Assembly (NCBI GenBank): GCA_031430435.1
Contig: JANPBM010000044.1
Span: 8,904-72,903, forward strand
Direction of reading: 5' to 3'
DNA: 64,000 nucleotides
DNA from: Acidobacteriota bacterium
GTDB taxonomy: Bacteria > Acidobacteriota > Blastocatellia > Pyrinomonadales > Pyrinomonadaceae
In this document: positions 18,986 to 28,016 of the stretch, one piece after another
Layout: every line of letters begins with the position of its first letter
How positions within the stretch are numbered: position 1 is the stretch's first letter
Translations under genes and position numbers: made by a program
The notes under the pieces: model-generated
The model's database searches: none
What the model was told of the DNA's origin: nothing
Seen by the model: the letters and a program-made list of their open reading frames with translations, nothing else

Positions 18986-19815
18986 ACGATTGTAATTTCG
19001 GTCTCTTCCATTGTTTTGGTCGGCTCGCGTTTTTTTTCTATCAGCGGAATTTCGAGCGAATTTAACAGTAAACCGCGAAGTTGGGTAGTGTCCAAATGAC
19101 GTTTTAATTTTCCGCCTTCGACAAACGAAATCAAACCTGTTTCTTCGGAAACGACAATCGCAATCGCGTCCGAATCTTCGGTAATGCCGATTGCCGCACG
19201 GTGGCGAGTGCCGAGTTCACGCGAAATACTCGGATTTTTAGTCAACGGCAAAAAGCATGAAGCAGCGGCAATTCGTTCGCGTTGGATGATAACGGCTCCG
19301 TCGTGAAGCGGTGCGGAGGTATTGAAAATCGTTACAAGTAAATCGTAACTTATTACGGAATCAAGCGTTACGCCCGCGTCAATAAAATTTCGCAAGCCGA
19401 CATTTTTCTCGATGACAATCAACGCGCCTGTTTTTTCCGAAGCCAAAGTCGTAACCGCCAAAACAACTTCATCGTAAATCGATTCGCCGAGCTGACCGCG
19501 TTGCCGTCTTAAAACCGGAAGTCTCAGGCGGTTCCCGAAATAAATTAACGCCTGGCGAATTTCCGATTGAAAAAGGACGATAATCGCCAACGGCAAAAAC
19601 AGCACGGCGTAACGCAAAACAAATTCTAAAGTCGGTAAATCTTGGGTAATCGCCAGCCAGTAAAGCAAGCCGAAAACACACATTCCGACCGCCATCGGTA
19701 ACGCACGGGTGCCTCGCACAAGTTTTACCAAAACATAAACGATAATGAAAACCAAAGCTATGTCTAAAATTGTGCGAACAGATGCAATTGCCGGAATGTA
19801 ATCGTCCAAAGACAT
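18982..19815 (-). CDS. cdaA: Diadenylate cyclase CdaA (DisA_N domain, membrane-anchored)
   Basis: Three N-terminal TM helices followed by a DAC domain with the DGA and RHR motifs (LHDGAVIIQ..., GTRHRAAIG). Confidence 0.85.
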   Translation of the reverse strand: MSLDDYIPAIASVRTILDIALVFIIVYVLVKLVRGTRALPMAVGMCVFGLLYWLAITQDLPTLEFVLRYAVLFLPLAIIVLFQSEIRQALIYFGNRLRLPVLRRQRGQLGESIYDEVVLAVTTLASEKTGALIVIEKNVGLRNFIDAGVTLDSVISYDLLVTIFNTSAPLHDGAVIIQRERIAAASCFLPLTKNPSISRELGTRHRAAIGITEDSDAIAIVVSEETGLISFVEGGKLKRHLDTTQLRGLLLNSLEIPLIEKKREPTKTMEETEITIV

Positions 19816-20118
19816 TGAGTTATTTGATGCTTAAAACTGCCGGTTTGGTTGTCAAAAAGACTAAACCGGCTGACGGCAGAAATCGAGAAATTTGATAAAC
19901 AAATTCCACTTTTAGAATAATGCGAAAGTAGTTTGATAATCAATCAAGAAGTTTCAAAATAACCGGTTTTATCAAGAATTTCCGCAAACAACTTTTCTGA
20001 ATGGGGAAAGCCTGTTTATATCGGCAATTTGTAAGGTATTTAAGAAAGACTTTCGATGCTCGGAAATTAATTAGTTTCAAAACTCAAACTTAGCTCAAAT
20101 GTTGTAAAATAATCCTCA

Positions 20119-21249
20119 ATGAACATCGGGATTACAGTTTACCCAACCTATGGCGGAAGCGGAATTGTCGGCTCGGAACTTGGCAAAGAGCTTGCCGAAC
20201 GCGGACATAACGTCCATTTTATTTCGTCAAGTTTGCCGACGCGATTGACCGAATTAAATGACCGCGTACATTTTCACGAAGTTGATATGATGTCGTATCC
20301 GCTGTTTGACCATCAGCCGTACACGCTGGCATTGGCGACCAAAATCGGCACGGTTGCGCGTTCTGAAAATCTCGATTTAATCCACGTTCATTACGCAATT
20401 CCGCATTCAATCAGTGCAATTTTGGCACGCGAATCAATCAAATCAAAACGCTATCTGCCCGTCATTACTACACTTCACGGCACAGACATAACTTTGGTCG
20501 GAGCAGATCGGAGTTATCTGCCGATTACCAAATATGCTTTGCAAGAATCGAACGGCGTAACGGCGATCTCGAAATTTTTGAAGCAAGCGACGATTGAAAC
20601 TTTCGATTTCGACGAGATCGAAGTCATTCCGAATTTTATTTGTCCGAAAGATTATCAACGAAATTTCGCCTCGCCGTTGCGTTTGGAACTTGCCCCGAAC
20701 GGCGAAAAACTATTGGTTCACGTTTCAAATTTTCGTCCCGTCAAACGTCCCGTCGATTGCGTTGAAATTTTGGCGAAAATTTTACAACAAGGCGAAAAAG
20801 CTCGGTTGGTGATGGTCGGCGACGGACCTGAACGCTCTAACGCAAAGTTTCGCGCAAAGCAGTTAGATATTGAAGAACACGTACTTTTTGTCGGCAAACA
20901 ACCAAACATTTCCGACTATTTGGAAATCGCCGATGTGTTTTTGTTGCCTTCGGAAACGGAAAGTTTCGGACTCGCGGCGTTGGAAGCTCAATCGTGCGAA
21001 GTTGTGGTTGTCGCGTCTCGCGTTGCGGGAATACCCGAAGTCGTCAATGACGGCGAAACAGGTTTTTTGAGCGAAGTCGGCAATGTTGAAAAGATGGCTG
21101 ACGATGTCGTTAAATTGTTGCGAGATGATGATTTACGGCTTGCATTCGGCAAACGCGGGCGTGAACTTGCGGTCGAAAGATATAATACCGACAAAGTAAT
21201 TCCGCAATATATCGACTATTACGAGAAAGTTTTAGCAAAAATAAACTGA
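20119..21249 (+). CDS. bshA: GT4 glycosyltransferase BshA (N-acetyl-alpha-D-glucosaminyl L-malate synthase, bacillithiol biosynthesis)
   Basis: Close match to BshA signature blocks: GITVYPTYGGSGIVGSELGKELAERGHNVHFISSS, LDLIHVHYAIPH, TTLHGTDIT, HVSNFRPVKR, GDGPE, ESFGLAALEA, GIPEV. Confidence 0.8.
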   Translation: MNIGITVYPTYGGSGIVGSELGKELAERGHNVHFISSSLPTRLTELNDRVHFHEVDMMSYPLFDHQPYTLALATKIGTVARSENLDLIHVHYAIPHSISAILARESIKSKRYLPVITTLHGTDITLVGADRSYLPITKYALQESNGVTAISKFLKQATIETFDFDEIEVIPNFICPKDYQRNFASPLRLELAPNGEKLLVHVSNFRPVKRPVDCVEILAKILQQGEKARLVMVGDGPERSNAKFRAKQLDIEEHVLFVGKQPNISDYLEIADVFLLPSETESFGLAALEAQSCEVVVVASRVAGIPEVVNDGETGFLSEVGNVEKMADDVVKLLRDDDLRLAFGKRGRELAVERYNTDKVIPQYIDYYEKVLAKIN

Positions 21250-22932
21250 TTACCTGCTGCCGATGGCGGTTTTAATCATTTCTTTGGCGTGATTTCGGGC
21301 AGATTCGGTGATTTTTTCGCCCGCCAGCATTCTGGCGATTTCTTCGATGCGTAATTTTTCGTCCAATTCTTTGATAAAAACTTTTGTTTTATTGCCGACC
21401 GTTTCTTTTGAAACAACAAAATGATGTGTTGCGAAACTTGCGACTTGCGGTTGATGCGTAACACACAAAACCTGCTGATTTTTTGATAATTCTTTTAATT
21501 TCAACCCGACCGCTTCGGCGACTCGACCGCCGATTCCCGCGTCGATTTCATCAAAAACCATTGTTTTTCCGCCGGTTGTAAGTTTGGTTGTCGTGTTCAA
21601 AATCAACATTAACCGCGAAGTTTCGCCGCCCGAAGCAACTTTGGCAATCGGTTTGACACTTTCGCCGACATTTGCCGAAAAATAAAATTCGATATAGTCT
21701 AAACCTTTTGCCGTAAACGATTTATCATCAGTTTCATCCGCAACAATTCGTACCTCGAAACGCGCTTTTTCAAGCGAAACGGCTTTCAAATTTTCTTCAA
21801 CATTTTTCTCGAACTTCTTCGCCGATTTTACTCTTTTGTCGTGCAAATCAAGGGCAATTTTCAAATAATTCTGCTTGGCTTTTTCCAACTTTTTTTGCAA
21901 CTCTTTTTCGGTTAAACTCGCATCCTCGATTCGTGAAAGCCGTTCTTCGGATTCGGTCAAATGTGTCGAAACGCTTTCAATCGAGCCGCCGTATTTACGT
22001 TTCAAACGCGAAATTTCTGCCAGCCGAAGTTCGATTTCGTCTAATCTTTCGGGTGAAAAGTCGAGTGAGCCGCGAAAGTCCCGAATCGCAAACGCCAAAT
22101 CTTCGAGTAACGCCTCAGTTGCGTCCAGACTTTCCAAATAATCTTGAAAACTTGATTCAAATTCTGAAAGTTCACGAACTCGGCGGACGATTTTTTCTAA
22201 TGTTGTCAGCGTTGCGGATTCTGCTTCGTAAAGTAAATCGTAGCTTTCATCACTTAATTTCGACAATTTTTCCGAATTGTTCAAACGTCGCTTTTCTTCT
22301 TCAAGTTGTTCGTCTTCAACGGGTTGCAGATTTGCCCTGCGAATTTCTTTGACCTGAAACTGTAAAACATCAAGCAATTGAAGTTTTTGCGCTTCGTCCG
22401 AATGAAGCGATTTTAATTCATTTTGAATTGACGAAAACCGCTGAAAAGTTTCTGCCGCTTTTTCACGCAGATTTTCGATTTCGGCATACTCGTCCAAAAT
22501 TTCAAGATGAGTTTGCTGATTAAAAAGCGTAGCCTGTTCGCCTTGACCGTGAATATCAACCAAATATGTGCCGATTTTGCGCAGGAAATTTTGTGTAACT
22601 AATTGATTATTAACAAAGATACGATTTTTTCCCGTCGCGGAAAGTTCGCGGCGGACGATTATTTCATCATCGATTTCCACACCGCTTTCATCGCAGATTT
22701 CTTGAAGTTCTTTGTTTGGATCTATCGAAAAAAGTCCTTCGATGCGGGCTTCGGTTTCGCCGGATTTTATCAAATCGGATGAAATTCGCTCGCCTGTGAG
22801 TGCGGAAAGGCTGTCAACAATAATTGATTTTCCCGAACCTGTTTCGCCCGTGAGAAGATTTAAGCCCGTTGAAAATTCAAGGTTTAACTCATCGATTAAA
22901 GCGATATTTTTGATTTTGAGAAACGACAACAT
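21250..22932 (-). CDS. recN: DNA repair protein RecN
   Basis: N-terminus MLSFLKIKNIALIDELNLEFSTGLNLLTGETGSGKSII (SMC-like Walker A) and a C-terminal signature region. 560 aa. Confidence 0.9.
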   Translation of the reverse strand: MLSFLKIKNIALIDELNLEFSTGLNLLTGETGSGKSIIVDSLSALTGERISSDLIKSGETEARIEGLFSIDPNKELQEICDESGVEIDDEIIVRRELSATGKNRIFVNNQLVTQNFLRKIGTYLVDIHGQGEQATLFNQQTHLEILDEYAEIENLREKAAETFQRFSSIQNELKSLHSDEAQKLQLLDVLQFQVKEIRRANLQPVEDEQLEEEKRRLNNSEKLSKLSDESYDLLYEAESATLTTLEKIVRRVRELSEFESSFQDYLESLDATEALLEDLAFAIRDFRGSLDFSPERLDEIELRLAEISRLKRKYGGSIESVSTHLTESEERLSRIEDASLTEKELQKKLEKAKQNYLKIALDLHDKRVKSAKKFEKNVEENLKAVSLEKARFEVRIVADETDDKSFTAKGLDYIEFYFSANVGESVKPIAKVASGGETSRLMLILNTTTKLTTGGKTMVFDEIDAGIGGRVAEAVGLKLKELSKNQQVLCVTHQPQVASFATHHFVVSKETVGNKTKVFIKELDEKLRIEEIARMLAGEKITESARNHAKEMIKTAIGSR

Positions 22933-22947
22933 TGGTTAAAGTAAAAA

Positions 22948-22973
22948 GGCAAAAGTAAAAACATTACTTTGCC
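22948..22973 (-). promoter_or_regulatory. Imperfect palindrome GGCAAAAGTAA-N5-TTACTTTGCC 16-41 nt upstream of recN start (candidate operator)
   Basis: Inverted repeat arms at 22948-22958 and 22964-22973. RecN is a classic SOS gene. The motif does not match any LexA box consensus I know. Confidence 0.3.
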
Positions 22974-23000
22974 AAGTCGGTTTATTTTGTAAAACCCCTT

Positions 23001-24086
23001 TTAATTTACAAAATTATAAACCAAAGTTCCAACCGCTTTTACGTTTTCTCCGCCGATTTTTGCGGAAAATTTTGCTTGTCTGGCGGCGGCTTCGGCTGGC
23101 GAACGCAACAACATATTTCCGCTCACGGCTTTTGCCGAAAGAACGTTTCCTTCTTCATCGACCGTAACTTGCACAACAACCTGACCGTTTGCGCCGGCTT
23201 GTTTGGCAATCGGCGGGTAAGCAGGTTTCGGCAAACTGACGGCGCGACTCGTTAAATTTCCGACACTGACGTTTTTCGGCGCGGTATTTGTCGCGGGCGT
23301 TGTCGCAGGTTTCGGAGTCGGTGTTTTAGGAAGCCCCGTGTTAGTGTTCGTCGAACCCGGTTTGGCGTTGATGTTGGTGTTGCCGGCTGCCGTATTTACA
23401 TTCGAGTTTGTGTTTGCTTTAACATTGGCGTTGACGTTGTTGTTAGCAGGTTTAATTGTCGGTTTCGGCGTTGGTTTCGGCGTTGGAGTCGGTGTTTTCA
23501 GATTCGTGTTACCGACGTTAGTATTGAAATTCGCATTAAAATTCGCGTTTGAATTGCCTGAACCGCCATTGTAATTAAAGTTGTAATTCGAGTTGTCGGT
23601 ATTTATGTTTTGGACAACATTTCCGTTCAAAGCCGCCAAATTCGCGGTTTGATTCGTGTTATTCGGTTTATTGGCATTTTCGCCGTTATTTCCGCTCAAA
23701 AACCACCACACGCCGAAACCGCCGCCAAGCACCGCCAATGTCCCGAACAAAGTCAAGAAAACGGTCAAACCTGTATTTGATTTTTTCGGCGGATTTGTTT
23801 GAAAACCTTTTTGCGGAGTAGTTTTTTTTATTTCGGGCGGCGATGTTTGCACCACAATTCGTTGTCGCGGTTCTTCGTTCGGTTGTTGCAAAGGTGCCGT
23901 GTTGTCGGTTTTTTTGCGGGCGATTACGGTGTCTTCGCCAAGTTCATCAGGCATATTTATCGAACTTTGACTCGGCAACGCGGTAAAACTCGGCGGCGTT
24001 TCGCTGATTAAAGGCGTGCCGTCGATTTTGCAAAATCGCAAAATCGCATCATCATATTTGGTCTGACATTTCGGACAAAATTTCAT
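23001..24086 (-). CDS. TonB-family protein with N-terminal zinc-ribbon and low-complexity Pro/Thr/Asn-rich linker
   Basis: N-terminal zinc ribbon MKFCPKCQTKYDD...RFCKIDG, then a TM helix, then TPTPTPKPTPKPT and N-rich low complexity. The C-terminal ~90 aa are a TonB_C-like domain (PAYPPIAKQAGANGQVVVQVTVDEEGNV...). Confidence 0.6.
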   Translation of the reverse strand: MKFCPKCQTKYDDAILRFCKIDGTPLISETPPSFTALPSQSSINMPDELGEDTVIARKKTDNTAPLQQPNEEPRQRIVVQTSPPEIKKTTPQKGFQTNPPKKSNTGLTVFLTLFGTLAVLGGGFGVWWFLSGNNGENANKPNNTNQTANLAALNGNVVQNINTDNSNYNFNYNGGSGNSNANFNANFNTNVGNTNLKTPTPTPKPTPKPTIKPANNNVNANVKANTNSNVNTAAGNTNINAKPGSTNTNTGLPKTPTPKPATTPATNTAPKNVSVGNLTSRAVSLPKPAYPPIAKQAGANGQVVVQVTVDEEGNVLSAKAVSGNMLLRSPAEAAARQAKFSAKIGGENVKAVGTLVYNFVN

Positions 24087-24181
24087 TTTTCAAACTCGGT
24101 TTTTTATTTTTTCAATAACTTGTGCCAAAATCTTACTTTCGTCATTCTAGCACGAAAAGTTTCAATAAACATACTATTTAT

Positions 24182-25348
24182 ATGACAAATTTCAGTTCAT
24201 TTATTGCAAATCGGATCGACCAAGTTCCGATTTCCGGCATCAGACGCTTTTTCGGCTTGACCGAAAAGATGCCGAATGTGATTTCTCTCGGCATCGGCGA
24301 ACCCGATTTCGGCACACCGTCGCCGATTACCGAAGCGGGTTTTAAGGCGGTTCACGGAAAATCGATCGGCTATACGGCGAACTCCGGTTTGCCCGAATTG
24401 CGTCAAGCGATTGCCGAACATCTCGAAAAACTTTACGGTGTTTCATATAATCCGCACGACGAAATTATTGTAACAGTCGGCGTAAGTGAAGGAATGAAAT
24501 GCGTTATGTCGGCGTTGTGTAACGAAGGCGATGAAATTATTGTCCCGCAACCGTGTTTCGTCGCCTACACGCCGGAGATTATTTTTGCGAACGGAAAACC
24601 CGTTGAAGTTGAATGCAAAGCCGAAAATAATTTTGAAATCACGGCAGCCGAAATCCGCAAAGCAATCACGCCGAAGACGAAAGCGATTTTTCTCGGTTTT
24701 CCGAATAATCCGACGGGTGCCGTGCTTTCACGCAAAAACGCGCTTGAAATTGCCAAACTTGCCGAAGAAAAAAATCTGCTTATAATTTCCGATGAAATTT
24801 ACGACCGTTTCACCTACGGCGTTGACCACGTTTGTCTGCCCGCGTTGCCGAATATGAAAGAACGGACGATTTTGCTCGGAGGTTTTTCAAAAAATTACGC
24901 GATGACAGGTTGGCGAGTCGGCTATATCTGCGGAAACAAAGAACTTATGGCGGCGTTCGGCAAAATCCATCAATACTGCGTGATGTCTGCGCCGACAATT
25001 TCGCAGTTTGCGGCAATCGCGGCGTTGCAAATCGGCGAGCCTTTTGTGCAGGAAATGAAGGCGGAATATGACCGCCGCAGAAAGTTTGTCGTCTCTGCAT
25101 TTAACGAAACAGGTTTGGATTGTTTTGAGCCGAAAGGTGCGTTTTATGCGTTTCCGTCGATTAAAAAAACAGGTTTAAGTTCTGATGAATTTTGCGATAA
25201 ACTGTTGGAACAACAACAAGTTGCGGTGATTCCGGGAAATGCTTTCGGACTCGGCGGCGAAGGTCACATTCGGGTGGCGTATTGTAAATCTTACGAACAA
25301 CTGGAAATCGCCGCAGAGAGAATTCGCAATTTTGTAAGCGAACTTTAA
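24182..25348 (+). CDS. Pyridoxal-phosphate-dependent aminotransferase class I/II (aspartate aminotransferase-like)
   Basis: Motifs IRRFFGL, SLGIGEPDF, NPTGAV, and FSKNYAMTGWRVGY (the PLP lysine region). The ORF-track start at 24122 is probably an N-terminal extension, and the ATG at 24182 (MTNFSSFIANRIDQ) fits the family better. Confidence 0.8.
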   Translation: MTNFSSFIANRIDQVPISGIRRFFGLTEKMPNVISLGIGEPDFGTPSPITEAGFKAVHGKSIGYTANSGLPELRQAIAEHLEKLYGVSYNPHDEIIVTVGVSEGMKCVMSALCNEGDEIIVPQPCFVAYTPEIIFANGKPVEVECKAENNFEITAAEIRKAITPKTKAIFLGFPNNPTGAVLSRKNALEIAKLAEEKNLLIISDEIYDRFTYGVDHVCLPALPNMKERTILLGGFSKNYAMTGWRVGYICGNKELMAAFGKIHQYCVMSAPTISQFAAIAALQIGEPFVQEMKAEYDRRRKFVVSAFNETGLDCFEPKGAFYAFPSIKKTGLSSDEFCDKLLEQQQVAVIPGNAFGLGGEGHIRVAYCKSYEQLEIAAERIRNFVSEL

Positions 25349-25398
25349 CGCCCGACATTCAGAAAATACTTTATGGCGGCGCTTGCCGGCAAACATTC

Positions 25399-26775
25399 CT
25401 AATTTACAATGTTTGTCGGATATTTGCCGTCCCAACAAGCCATACAAGCCGAATCTGTCTCAAACCCGATCGCGTCCGCCATTCCCTGCTGCGATAAATA
25501 GCCTAAACTATCGGCTTCAATATAGTTACAAACTTCGGCAACCGACATTTTGGCGGCGATTAACTGCGTTTTATCGGGCGTATCAACGCCGTAATAACAA
25601 GGTGAAACCGTCGGCGGACACGAAATTCTCATATGCACTTCGCTTGCTCCGGCTTCACGCACCATTTGAACAATTTTTTTCGAGGTTGTGCCGCGAACGA
25701 TCGAATCATCGACCAAAATTATGCGTCTGCCTTCGATTAAGTCTCTGATAGGATTGAGTTTAAGCCGTACGCCGAACGAACGAATCGACTGACTCGGTTC
25801 GATAAAAGTTCGCCCGACATAATGATTTCGGATAATCGCGTGGCGAAAATTGATGCCCGATTGGCGGGCGTAACCGACCGCCGCCGCCACGCCCGAATCA
25901 GGCACGGGAACGACCAAATCTGCGTCAATCGGATGTTCGACGGCAAGTTGTTTACCCATTTTGTGCCGCGATTCGTTGACCGATTTGCCGAAAATAATCG
26001 AATCGGGACGCGAAAAGTAAACGTGTTCAAACGTGCAAACCGAAGATTTTTTCGGCTCGAACGGAAACATTGAATGCAAACCGTTTTCGTCGATTACAAG
26101 CATTTCGCCGGCTTTGATCTCGCGTTCGTATTTTGCGTCCATCAAATCAAACGCGCAAGTTTCGGACGCAACGCACCACGCATCTTTTAATTTTCCCAAC
26201 ACCAGCGGACGAAACCCGCGCGGATCACGGACGGCAATCAAAGCGTTCGGCGTTAAAAACAACAGCGAAAATGCGCCTTCCGTTTCGCTCAAAACCTGTT
26301 TAATCGCATCGTTGACGTTGTTTGCATTTGTGCGGGCGATGCCGTGCAAAATTGTTTCTGTGTCGGAGGTCGATGAAAATATCGCTCCGTTTTGTTCAAG
26401 CTCACGGCGTTTTTCATCGGCAAACGGCAAGTTTCCGTTGTGGCAAACCGCAATTTTTCCGTGTCGGCAATCGACCGAAAACGGCTGAACTTCTTTAATT
26501 GTATTTTTGCCCGAAGTCGAATATCGGGTGTGTCCGATGGCGGAAGTACCGGTTAAAGTTCGCAAATTTTCTTTGTTTAAAACATCGGCAACCAACCCGA
26601 TCGAACGAAATTGATGAAGTTCCGCGCCGTCTGCCGAAACGATTCCGCACGCTTCTTGTCCGCGATGTTGCAAGGCAAAAAGTCCGAGTTGCGTCAGCGT
26701 TGAAGCCTCATTGTGTCCGAAAACACCGAATACGCCGCATTCTTCGTGAAATTTATCGACCGGAAAATCGTTCAT
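25399..26775 (-). CDS. purF: Amidophosphoribosyltransferase
   Basis: N-terminal propeptide followed by the CGVFGVFG Ntn-glutaminase motif. The PRTase motif VILVDDSIVRGTTS is present, and C-terminal cysteines are consistent with Fe-S ligands. Confidence 0.9.
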   Translation of the reverse strand: MNDFPVDKFHEECGVFGVFGHNEASTLTQLGLFALQHRGQEACGIVSADGAELHQFRSIGLVADVLNKENLRTLTGTSAIGHTRYSTSGKNTIKEVQPFSVDCRHGKIAVCHNGNLPFADEKRRELEQNGAIFSSTSDTETILHGIARTNANNVNDAIKQVLSETEGAFSLLFLTPNALIAVRDPRGFRPLVLGKLKDAWCVASETCAFDLMDAKYEREIKAGEMLVIDENGLHSMFPFEPKKSSVCTFEHVYFSRPDSIIFGKSVNESRHKMGKQLAVEHPIDADLVVPVPDSGVAAAVGYARQSGINFRHAIIRNHYVGRTFIEPSQSIRSFGVRLKLNPIRDLIEGRRIILVDDSIVRGTTSKKIVQMVREAGASEVHMRISCPPTVSPCYYGVDTPDKTQLIAAKMSVAEVCNYIEADSLGYLSQQGMADAIGFETDSACMACWDGKYPTNIVN

Positions 26776-26852
26776 TAAATTATTTTGCCACAGAAAAGTG
26801 AAGTAGTGAAAAGTGAAAGATGAATAGTGAAAAGTTAAGAAAATCAGGTTCG

Positions 26853-27389
26853 TTACAAAAATCTCGGCGGAACTTCGTCAATCAGCCAAACATCATTTTC
26901 AGAAACATAAAACTTGAATTTTTCCGCCAACATGGTTTCCGTATCTATTTGAAAAATAACAGGCTTGCCGTGTCGTGAGCAGACTTTCAGCGCGGTTTCA
27001 ATCTCAGCGGAAAGATGAACGTGATGTCGTTGCATTTTTGATAAACCTTGCTCGGTAATTATTTTGACATTTTTTTCGGCAGTTCCGTGATACAAAATTT
27101 TCGGCGGAGTTTTTTCCTCAAATTCAATTTTAACCGCAACCGAATGACCTTGATTCGCCCGAATTTTTGTTCCGCTTTCATCAAAAGCAAAACGCTTTTT
27201 TTCGTTTGCGGCAACAATTTCGTTCAGTTCCGATCGCGTCAACTCTTGCCCGTTTGCGACACACGCGGCAATAAGTTTTTCGACTGAAACCCAACCGTTT
27301 TCTTCGAGTATTAAGCCGACAATTTCAGGTTGATGACGCAAAATCAGACTTAAAAACCTGCCGAGTTTTACGCGTTTTTTTTCGTTCAT
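26853..27389 (-). CDS. kptA: RNA 2'-phosphotransferase (Tpt1/KptA family)
   Basis: LSLILRHQPEIVGLILEENGWVSVEKLI, ANQGHS, and HVHLS (the catalytic H-H-R region). 178 aa. Confidence 0.8.
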   Translation of the reverse strand: MNEKKRVKLGRFLSLILRHQPEIVGLILEENGWVSVEKLIAACVANGQELTRSELNEIVAANEKKRFAFDESGTKIRANQGHSVAVKIEFEEKTPPKILYHGTAEKNVKIITEQGLSKMQRHHVHLSAEIETALKVCSRHGKPVIFQIDTETMLAEKFKFYVSENDVWLIDEVPPRFL

Positions 27390-27468
27390 TTAAAGTTATA
27401 ACCTGCCGCCGATGAAATATCGATTAAATCTGCGGATAATGTTTTCTTAAACTGTAACCTGCCGTCGC

Positions 27469-27909
27469 CTACTTTACTTCCGTTTTTTCGGTCGGATATT
27501 TGGCATTTACCCACGCTTGCGTTCCGCCGACCAAGGCAAAGGCGTTTGTGATTCCTTTTTCTTTTAATTTAAGCACCAGACCGGCGCTTGTATGTTCGCT
27601 TGGTCAGGAACAATATGCAATGATTTTTTTATCGGTCGGAATTTCTTTCAAACGAGCTTCAACTGCGTCCAACGGCATATTTACCGCACCTTTGATGTGT
27701 TCGGAATCGTAAGCGGCGGCTGCCCGCGTGTCGATAATAAAAATGTTGCCGGCATCAAAAAGTTTTTTTGCGCCTGCCAAAGTTATCCGATTTGCGCCGT
27801 CTGAGCCGACCGTAATTTCTTTGTCGTCAACTTCTGACATTTTCGCGGTTTGACAAGCTAACCCGATTGCCAAACACGAAATCATCAAAATCGATAAAAT
27901 AATTTTCAT
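27469..27909 (-). CDS. Rhodanese-like sulfurtransferase lipoprotein with in-frame TGA (candidate selenocysteine; otherwise a pseudogene)
   Basis: Lipoprotein signal peptide (lipobox LAC). Rhodanese fold signature ...IIDTRAAAAYDSEHIKGAVNMP...KKIIAYC-S-[TGA]-PSEHTSAGLVLKLKEKGITNAFALVGGTQAWVNAKYPTEK. The reading frame is continuous through the TGA at 27604-27606, and the total length would be 146 aa. Confidence 0.5.
27571..27589 (-). other. SECIS-like hairpin 15 nt downstream of in-frame UGA (AAGCGCC-GGUCU-GGUGCUU)
   Basis: 7-bp stem with one G-U pair and apical loop GGUCU. The apical GGUCUG and its distance from the UGA closely resemble the E. coli fdhF SECIS (apical GGUCUG with G23/U24). Confidence 0.4.
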
Positions 27910-28016
27910 ATATTTTTCTCCAAATCTTTAATAATTAAAAAATATCACAACAAGAGATAAAAGTATCGGAAATCAAGCAAGTTAAGAATGTCTTTTTCAA
28001 TTTACCTTGGCTGAAG

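Noticed and set aside
23330-23600. Short tandem nucleotide repeats (GTTGGTTTCGGCGTTGGTTTCGGCGTTGGAGTCGG and similar), considered as a CRISPR or VNTR
   Set aside because: They are in-frame and encode the Pro/Thr/Lys and Asn-rich low-complexity linker of the TonB-like protein. There is no repeat-spacer architecture.
24122-24181. N-terminal 20-aa extension (MPKSYFRHSSTKSFNKHTIY) of the aminotransferase ORF
   Set aside because: Aminotransferase homologs start near MTNFSSF. The extension lies in the promoter region and is probably not translated.
27500-27712. + strand 70-aa ORF overlapping the rhodanese UGA region
   Set aside because: It lies antisense to a well-supported rhodanese reading frame and has no motif. 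The opposite strand carries the conserved rhodanese C-terminus.
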